Positions 1 to 4,046 of a stretch of 4,046 nucleotides of DNA are shown here, one piece after another. Below the pieces are notes generated by a model. It searched no databases. It saw nothing but the letters and a program-made list of their open reading frames with translations, and was not told the DNA's origin. The DNA comes from a virus (lineage: Duplodnaviria > Heunggongvirae > Uroviricota > Caudoviricetes), in the IMG/VR virus record IMGVR_UViG_2698536339_000020; one strand, given 5' to 3'. Numbering within the stretch: position 1 is the stretch's first letter; each line of letters starts with the position of its first letter. A program made the position numbers and the translations under genes.

Positions 1-540
1 ATGAATCCGTTTAACGCCATTACTTTTGCTGCATTGTGCGGGCCTCTGGCTTGTCCTGCTGCTATGGCGCAGGAGTTCATCATCCAGCCAGCCCCTGTGA
101 TTGCTAAACCTTTTGAGTACTCTCCTTCTGTTGAGGAATTCTCACGCAAAATGGAAGAGGGTAAGGAGATCTTGCAAAAGTTAACAATTGCAGCAGATGA
201 CTACTATATCTGTTTGATTGATCTTAATAGCCAAGATGCTCGCGAGTTTGTTTCCAAAAACGGGACAGATACGACAGAGGCATGCGAAATGTTCCTGCGT
301 GCTTTTGAAGAAGAAGTGAAGCGTACAATTGAATCGCCTCTACCTGAATTTATCAGGTCAGAACTGAAGGTTTACTGGCGTCATATTGCTAAAGCTCGCT
401 CATCTGTCACTCGCCTTAACAATTACATAAAGAGCATATTTAAAGAAACTGTTACTTTTAGCGGGCGCGCGGATCTTGCTGGAATTGCAGCACTAGCTAG
501 TCACACATCAAATAAGCTAAAATCGATGCAATTTCACTAA
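1..540 (+). CDS. Hypothetical protein with hydrophobic, signal-peptide-like N-terminus; candidate partner of the downstream YafO-family toxin; may be 5'-truncated by the window edge
   Basis: Frame is open from nt 1 (ATG) to TAA at 538-540. The N-terminus MNPFNAITFAALCGPLACPAAMA is an uncharged hydrophobic stretch ending in an AxA-like AMA; no K/R n-region is visible, so the true start may lie upstream of the window. The remainder is charged and helix-like. No family recognised by eye. The stop is 16 nt before the next gene start, suggesting one operon. Confidence 0.6.
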   Translation: MNPFNAITFAALCGPLACPAAMAQEFIIQPAPVIAKPFEYSPSVEEFSRKMEEGKEILQKLTIAADDYYICLIDLNSQDAREFVSKNGTDTTEACEMFLRAFEEEVKRTIESPLPEFIRSELKVYWRHIAKARSSVTRLNNYIKSIFKETVTFSGRADLAGIAALASHTSNKLKSMQFH

Positions 541-556
541 CCGATAGCGGACGGCC

Positions 557-991
557 ATGCATCTAGAAGTCTCTATTAATCCAGAAACTAGAGCTGAATT
601 TTTTGATGAAGTTTTTCTCAAATTCCCGGAGCTAGAGTCTTCTATCATTGATGATTTCAAGAGATACAAAGCAACCGGTGAGCTTCCGCACTATTTCGGT
701 AGGGACGTTGCGTATACTCAGCCTTATGGTGCTTTTCGGGCTGGGTTGATGCATATCCATCTTTGTCTACCGCCAAACAAGTTTCCCGAGAAACTTCCAC
801 AACCGGATAGGGTCTGCAAGAAAGGTGATCCTGATAATGATGCTTGTCTTGTGTATGTCCAAGGTGAGCTTTATGAGAATAAATATTCACTCATTGCTAT
901 TATGTATCCCGATGCACATGAAAAAGCAAGAAAACATGATGTGATGAGCTATCTGGCGCGAATTGCCCAGAATTATAAAGATGAAAACTAA
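557..991 (+). CDS. Type II toxin, YafO family (ribosome-dependent mRNA interferase-like)
   Basis: The 144-aa translation carries the blocks I recall from E. coli YafO: YK(A/R)(T/D)GxLP..FGRD..Y, then HIHL followed by a proline-rich stretch (LCLPPNKFP), then D-A-x-LVY-x-QG, then LIAI..P(D/E)(A/P)H(E/K)(K/L)AR. ATG at 557 is the only start before residue 65; the upstream SD is weak (GGA). TAA at 989-991 is followed immediately by a terminator hairpin. Confidence 0.8.
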   Translation: MHLEVSINPETRAEFFDEVFLKFPELESSIIDDFKRYKATGELPHYFGRDVAYTQPYGAFRAGLMHIHLCLPPNKFPEKLPQPDRVCKKGDPDNDACLVYVQGELYENKYSLIAIMYPDAHEKARKHDVMSYLARIAQNYKDEN

Positions 992-1011
992 CCCGCCGAA
1001 GCGGGTTTTTT
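991..1011. terminator. Rho-independent terminator, probably bidirectional, between convergent genes
   Basis: Perfect 6-bp stem ACCCGC (991-996) / GCGGGT (1001-1006) with loop CGAA, followed by T-run 1006-1011 on the plus strand. An A-rich stretch AAAACTA (984-990) gives a partial U-tract for the minus-strand transcript. It sits in the 26-nt gap between the plus-strand stop (989-991) and the minus-strand stop (1018-1020). Confidence 0.75.
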
Positions 1012-1017
1012 GTGAGA

Positions 1018-1290
1018 TTAGTTATTTATTTTCCTATTTGTTCTTACCCTCTCCCATTCAATTCTGCCTTCTTCACGCCGTTTATCTATATATTCAGCAA
1101 GATCCTGAATGTTGATGCAGCGCTTTGCTTTCTGTGATGTACCAACACGATAAGTCGGGATCGGCAACTGGCATGCATTTGCTTTCGCTTCTGCTGTGTT
1201 AGGGCTCATACCGAAATACTTTTGGCATACAGCTGACAGCTCAATGTTTGGGGTATTGAATTCAGCCATCAGTAAAAACAAGGTGTTCAT
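1018..1290 (-). CDS. PrtN-family / excisionase-like (Xis-like) small DNA-binding protein
   Basis: Translation from ATG at 1290-1288, MNTLFLLMAEFNTP...VCQKYFGMSP...SQKAKRCINIQDLAEYIDKRREEG..., matches the PrtN/phage excisionase-like pattern (MNTxFLLMA ... VCxxYFG ... SQK ... DLAxYIDxRR). SD GGAG (1300-1297) lies 6 nt upstream of this ATG. The longest ORF extends to GTG at 1317 and there is another ATG at 1302, but neither has a comparable SD. Stop TAA at 1020-1018. Confidence 0.8.
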   Translation of the reverse strand: MNTLFLLMAEFNTPNIELSAVCQKYFGMSPNTAEAKANACQLPIPTYRVGTSQKAKRCINIQDLAEYIDKRREEGRIEWERVRTNRKINN

Positions 1291-1326
1291 AATTTTCTCC
1301 ATCAAAACCGGCTGCACCCGGGAAAA

Positions 1327-1899
1327 TCATAATTCTGTGCTGGTGGCAGGAATTAATTTCTGCCAGATAGCGGAAACATATTTTGCCTGATGACGGGCAT
1401 CAGCCAGGGCGTTGTGCCGTTCGCCATCGAAAGGCATGTCCATTTTGGGGTCGAATCCGATGGAACACCCAAGCGTAACGATCGTGCGTACATCGTGGTC
1501 ATTCCAGTATGCCCACGGGCAGATTTGTCCTGCTCGCTCATAAGCTCCACGTAAAATTACGTTGTCGAAGGTGGCTCCGTTACCCCAGACTTTTAAATAT
1601 TTCGTATTGTCTGCGTGCCGGTTAATGAAATGATTTAGTTCTGAGAGAGCATCGCTGATCGACAAAGTATCATCAATACAGATTGCAGCTCGTGCTTCAG
1701 GGCTTTGTTTCAACCACCACAGGATGGTATCGCCGTCAGGTGTAGCTCCTTGCCCCATAGCACTTTCCAGGCTAACAACCGTATAGAATTCTTGTCCGAT
1801 GTCTCCGGTTTCTGGAGTGAAGAACACCGCGCCAATGGAAACGATCGGTGCATCCTTATTTTTCCCCATCGTCTCAAGGTCGATCATTAAGTTATTCAT
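1327..1899 (-). CDS. DEDDh-family (DnaQ-like) 3'-5' exonuclease, phage-type
   Basis: 190-aa ORF with an N-terminal Exo I-like motif MIDLETMG...APIVSIGAVFF and a C-terminal Exo III-like motif HNALADARH (H-x4-D), typical of DEDDh exonucleases. Strong SD GAGGTG is 5 nt upstream of ATG 1899-1897. The start overlaps the upstream gene's stop (TAATG). Confidence 0.85.
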   Translation of the reverse strand: MNNLMIDLETMGKNKDAPIVSIGAVFFTPETGDIGQEFYTVVSLESAMGQGATPDGDTILWWLKQSPEARAAICIDDTLSISDALSELNHFINRHADNTKYLKVWGNGATFDNVILRGAYERAGQICPWAYWNDHDVRTIVTLGCSIGFDPKMDMPFDGERHNALADARHQAKYVSAIWQKLIPATSTEL

Positions 1900-2210
1900 T
1901 ACTTCACCTCCTGCGTTTCTTTGCTGCTGTGAATTCGCCAGTTACCGACGCCTTCCCATTCAAACTGGCGGTTACTAATTCGCGTCCAGCCCCTGCCGAA
2001 AAGCAAATCCAGATACCAGTATTTTAAAGTTCTGATAATTGCTCTTACAGTTGGTTTGCATCCAGAAGTCTTTGATGCGCAAATAAAGCACCGAGTTATG
2101 CTCATGGCCTCTACAAAAGGCCAGATAAACCAAACCCAGATGCAAAGAGCCACGAACAACATGAGCGCGATGTTAGCCACTAAGCCAGACCAGTACAGAT
2201 AATTACTCAC
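1899..2210 (-). CDS. Small hypothetical membrane protein (single N-terminal hydrophobic helix, Cys-containing C-terminal part)
   Basis: 103-aa ORF. The first possible start after the in-frame stop is GTG at 2210-2208, preceded by SD GAGG with a 6-nt spacer (AAAGAGGCAACCAGTG). Hydrophobic segment LVANIALMLFVALCIWVWFIWPFV, then CFICASKTSGC. Stop TAA overlaps the exonuclease ATG. No homolog recognised; the coding call rests on the RBS, the coupling and the operon context. Confidence 0.5.
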   Translation of the reverse strand: MSNYLYWSGLVANIALMLFVALCIWVWFIWPFVEAMSITRCFICASKTSGCKPTVRAIIRTLKYWYLDLLFGRGWTRISNRQFEWEGVGNWRIHSSKETQEVK

Positions 2211-2691
2211 TGGTTGCCTCTTTCATAAAAATAATCCAGTGGGTTTTATCGTTTTTTCCTGTTCGTTGACCGATAACAGGTTTTCTGTCTGTCAGTGCCA
2301 AAATCTGGCTTACCGGTATTTGCGTTTCATTCCATTTAAAAACCAGAACACCGTTTGGCCACAACACACGAAAGGCTTCTTTAAATCCCTGCCGCAAATC
2401 ATCACGCCAGGTATCTTTATTCAGCCGTCCATATTTCTTTCCCATCCAGGCGTTATCACCAACACGCTCAAGATGCGGAGGGTCGAATACAACAACCGGA
2501 AACGATGCGTCTGCAAATGGTAATGCACGAAAATCTGCTATCAGGTCAGGGCTAATTATCAGGCGTCGTCCATCACATAATGTGTGCTCTTCCTTTCTGA
2601 TGTCGCTAAATATCGCCCGGTCGTCATTCTTATCGAACCAGAACATGCGACTGCCACAGCACATGTCGAGGATTGCTGCATGTCCAGTCAC
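2203..2691 (-). CDS. Small SAM-dependent methyltransferase with (D/N)PP(Y/F/H) amino-methyltransferase motif; probable phage orphan DNA methyltransferase
   Basis: Motif I-like AAILDMCCGS near the N-terminus and motif IV-like VVVFDPPH about 55 residues later. The likely start is GTG at 2691-2689, preceded by a textbook SD AGGAGG (2703-2698) with a 6-nt spacer and overlapping the upstream stop (GTGA). The longest ORF runs to ATG at 2724, 37 nt inside the upstream gene, with a weaker RBS. Stop TAA at 2205-2203. Confidence 0.8.
   Translation of the reverse strand: MTGHAAILDMCCGSRMFWFDKNDDRAIFSDIRKEEHTLCDGRRLIISPDLIADFRALPFADASFPVVVFDPPHLERVGDNAWMGKKYGRLNKDTWRDDLRQGFKEAFRVLWPNGVLVFKWNETQIPVSQILALTDRKPVIGQRTGKNDKTHWIIFMKEATSE
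2207..2220 (-). promoter_or_regulatory. Second copy of the same 14-nt junction motif (GAGGCAACCAGTGA) serving as RBS + GTG start of the small membrane-protein gene
   Basis: Minus strand reads GAGGCAACCAGTGAGTAA: identical 14-mer to 2688-2701, with the GTG start at 2210-2208 and the methyltransferase stop TAA at 2205-2203. Confidence 0.5.
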
Positions 2692-2703
2692 TGGTTGCCT
2701 CCT
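2688..2703 (-). promoter_or_regulatory. Ribosome-binding site / translational-coupling junction (AGGAGG-N6-GTG overlapping upstream TGA)
   Basis: Minus strand reads AGGAGGCAACCAGTGA: SD, 6-nt spacer, GTG start of the methyltransferase, and the stop TGA of the upstream gene overlapping as GTGA. Confidence 0.55.
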
Positions 2704-3209
2704 TTGCGAATCTGCTCCGCCCATTCTTCAAGGGATTTCTCCGCATATTCACCGGACAGGCCATCAATCGGATGCGGTTCATTAGCTAACTCTTCTTTCG
2801 CTGACAGAATCATGCGCGTAACGTCGAAAACTTCACGTAAAGACTTATTGATAAATCCGTGGTTGAAAGCTGCAGCAAGACGACTTGCGGTATAGTTAAT
2901 TCCCTCGTTGCGAGCCTCCGCACGAATTTCAGCCAGAAAAGCATCGGTGGCTGGAATTTGCGGCATACCTCCGCCTGCTGCGCAGATATACGCATCAGAT
3001 ATTTCATCCTGCTCGCCATTAAACACATAGCAACTCTGTACGATAAATTTATTCAGCCGCGCATTCTCCGCCGCCAGCGTCTCGCATTTAGCTTCAAGCG
3101 CGTCGAACTTACGTACTAGGTACTCAGCATTTGTTTCGTTCACTTTCAGATCTCGCGGTACACATTTCCCGCGAAGAAACCCTTCCATTTCGAAAACATT
3201 CATGCGCAT
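2688..3209 (-). CDS. Hypothetical phage protein with a predicted N-terminal coiled-coil region; possibly Ead/Ea22-like (weak)
   Basis: 173-aa ORF. ATG at 3209-3207 has SD GGAG 8 nt upstream. Coiled-coil-like segment EYLVRKFDALEAKCETLAAENARLNKF, Gly-rich CAAGGGMPQIP, acidic C-terminus. The start overlaps the stop of the upstream HD gene, and the stop overlaps the methyltransferase GTG start. Family assignment is not secure. Confidence 0.7.
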   Translation of the reverse strand: MRMNVFEMEGFLRGKCVPRDLKVNETNAEYLVRKFDALEAKCETLAAENARLNKFIVQSCYVFNGEQDEISDAYICAAGGGMPQIPATDAFLAEIRAEARNEGINYTASRLAAAFNHGFINKSLREVFDVTRMILSAKEELANEPHPIDGLSGEYAEKSLEEWAEQIRKGGNQ

Positions 3210-3736
3210 TTGCGTAACTCCGATAACTCGTTAAAACGTTCCATAAACATCCCGTAGGCATGGCCTGGTGACAGTGGAATAACTTTGAACATCTCTGTTG
3301 CCGGGATGCCTTCCAGTACAGGCCAGAAAGAGCCATCATCAAGCCCGAGATCGCGGCGTTCGGTTGCCAGCATGATGAGATCGGCATATTTCACGGGTGT
3401 ACTCATAACTGGGGGTAACCCGTATTTCTCACGGATTACGGCGTCTATTTTTTCTTCCATCCGTTTATAGTCAGGAAGAAGGCGTTTCAGTGGTGCGGGA
3501 ATGTCCTGGCAATACGCTTCTGTTGCATCATGCATTAACGCTTCAAAAGCAAATTCCTGCGGCACCAGCTGGCTGCAAAGCACCGCATGTTGGGCGACGC
3601 TGTAGAAGTGTGAAAGATGACCGGCAAAGCGACAGATATTTGAAAGGGAAACCGCGATATCGTTAATATCGATGTTGTCTTTATTTATCCTGTCATAATA
3701 AAAATGCTTCCCGGAAAAAGTTTTAATAAATGACAT
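3200..3736 (-). CDS. HD-domain phosphohydrolase (YfbR-like 5'-deoxynucleotidase family)
   Basis: H..H...HD...D signature (GHLSHFYSVAQH ... LMHDATEAYCQDIPAPLKRL) resembling E. coli YfbR ([20 protein letters not shown]). The likely start is ATG at 3736-3734 with SD GGAGAA 5 nt upstream. The longest ORF starts at GTG 3766 with no RBS. Stop TGA at 3202-3200. Confidence 0.8.
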   Translation of the reverse strand: MSFIKTFSGKHFYYDRINKDNIDINDIAVSLSNICRFAGHLSHFYSVAQHAVLCSQLVPQEFAFEALMHDATEAYCQDIPAPLKRLLPDYKRMEEKIDAVIREKYGLPPVMSTPVKYADLIMLATERRDLGLDDGSFWPVLEGIPATEMFKVIPLSPGHAYGMFMERFNELSELRKCA

Positions 3737-3829
3737 TTTGTTCTCCACGTATATGTGCTGCACCACGCTGAATTCTGGTAAAAGGAAGCCCTCACCATCC
3801 GGTGATTATTGAGTTAATTACGTTTCCAT

Positions 3830-3851
3830 AAATGCCCCCGCAGGGGCATTT
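3830..3851. other. Perfect 9-bp inverted repeat (hairpin) in the intergenic region, not followed by a U-tract on either strand
   Basis: AAATGCCCC (3830-3838), loop CGCA, GGGGCATTT (3843-3851). Lies between the stop of the partial ORF (3864) and the HD-gene start (3736). The flanks are not T-rich, so it is not a canonical intrinsic terminator. Confidence 0.5.
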
Positions 3852-3863
3852 GCAGTAATGAAA

Positions 3864-4046
3864 TCAGGCGATGAAAGTACCAATGAAGGTTTCTACTTTG
3901 CTGTCTTTGAATTTCTCAACAAGCAGATCACGAAATTCGTTAGCCATTTCTTCCTGCACCGCTTCCAGCTGAATAATGCGCAGAACCAGTACAGGACGAT
4001 CGCCAGTGATAATGCTGAGGCGTAATTTAAACGGACGTTCTTTCAG
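3864..4046 (-). CDS. 3' end of an ORF entering from beyond the right window edge (hypothetical protein, C-terminal 60 aa)
   Basis: The minus-strand frame is open from 4046 to TGA at 3866-3864 and translates as ...[60 protein letters not shown]. The other two minus frames hit stops at once or within about 50 codons. Absent from the ORF track because no start lies in the window. No family recognised. Confidence 0.45.
   Translation of the reverse strand: MKERPFKLRLSIITGDRPVLVLRIIQLEAVQEEMANEFRDLLVEKFKDSKVETFIGTFIA

Noticed and set aside
1-75. Lipoprotein signal (lipobox) in the N-terminus of ORF1
   Set aside because: The residues before the two Cys (AALC, PLAC) do not fit the L-[AS]-[GA]-C lipobox consensus.
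657-890. 77-aa minus-strand ORF antisense to the YafO-like gene
   Set aside because: Entirely embedded antisense in a well-supported coding region, with no RBS and no recognisable domain; most likely a spurious ORF.
1196-1390. 64-aa plus-strand ORF overlapping the Xis-like and exonuclease genes
   Set aside because: Antisense to two well-supported genes and spans their junction; no RBS. Judged spurious.
1353-1550. 65-aa minus-strand ORF inside the exonuclease gene in another frame
   Set aside because: Alternative frame of a gene with clear DEDDh motifs; no independent support.
2692-2724. ATG at 2724 as the methyltransferase start (longest ORF)
   Set aside because: It would overlap the upstream gene by 37 nt with a weak RBS, whereas in-frame GTG 2691 has AGGAGG plus a 6-nt spacer and a GTGA stop/start overlap. 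The identical junction motif is reused at the next gene. Kept only as an alternative.
1705-3470. Plus-strand ORFs 1705..1890, 2239..2523, 2582..2785, 2584..2895, 2859..3119 and 3285..3470, and minus-strand ORFs 2810..3028 and 3124..3387
   Set aside because: All lie antisense to, or in alternative frames of, the coupled minus-strand genes, which have RBSs and recognisable motifs. None has a convincing RBS or recognisable domain.
3737-3766. GTG at 3766 as the HD-gene start (longest ORF)
   Set aside because: No SD upstream, whereas ATG 3736 has GGAGAA 5 nt upstream.
3830-3851. Hairpin as a lambda-type nut boxB or an intrinsic terminator
   Set aside because: A 9-bp stem with a CGCA loop does not match the short-stem, 5-nt purine-rich-loop boxB of lambda or P22, and there is no U-tract on either strand. 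Left as a structural element of unknown function.
3737-3863. Sigma70 promoter upstream of the HD gene
   Set aside because: No -35/-10 pair with acceptable spacing was found by eye (TTAACT and TTTACC candidates lack a properly spaced -10). The operon is more likely transcribed from a promoter outside the window.
1-4046. Identity with the E. coli K-12 Rac prophage int-xis region; presence of integrase, att site, tRNA, CRISPR or IS element
   Set aside because: The PrtN/Xis-like gene resembles Rac-type excisionase genes, but the neighbours differ from the Rac order as I recall it (no ralR/recT/recE-like products). No integrase, transposase, repeat array or tRNA-like structure is discernible in this window.

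Overview
This 4,046-nt window looks like part of a lambdoid-type prophage early-left accessory region from an enterobacterial genome. The minus strand carries a tightly packed, translationally coupled gene string running from the right edge: a partial ORF (3864..4046), an HD-domain phosphohydrolase, a hypothetical coiled-coil protein, a small SAM-dependent (D/N)PP(Y/F/H) methyltransferase, a small membrane protein, a DEDDh 3'-5' exonuclease and a PrtN/Xis-like DNA-binding protein. A strong hairpin plus T-tract (991..1011) separates this string from a convergent plus-strand two-gene module: a 179-aa protein with a hydrophobic N-terminus, followed 16 nt later by a clear YafO-family toxin homolog. 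The most interesting candidate is that module: a YafO-like toxin with no recognisable YafN/RelB/Phd-type antitoxin, sitting where an integrase would normally follow xis. No rRNA, tRNA, CRISPR array or transposase was seen. All family assignments are from reading the translations by eye, with no database search.
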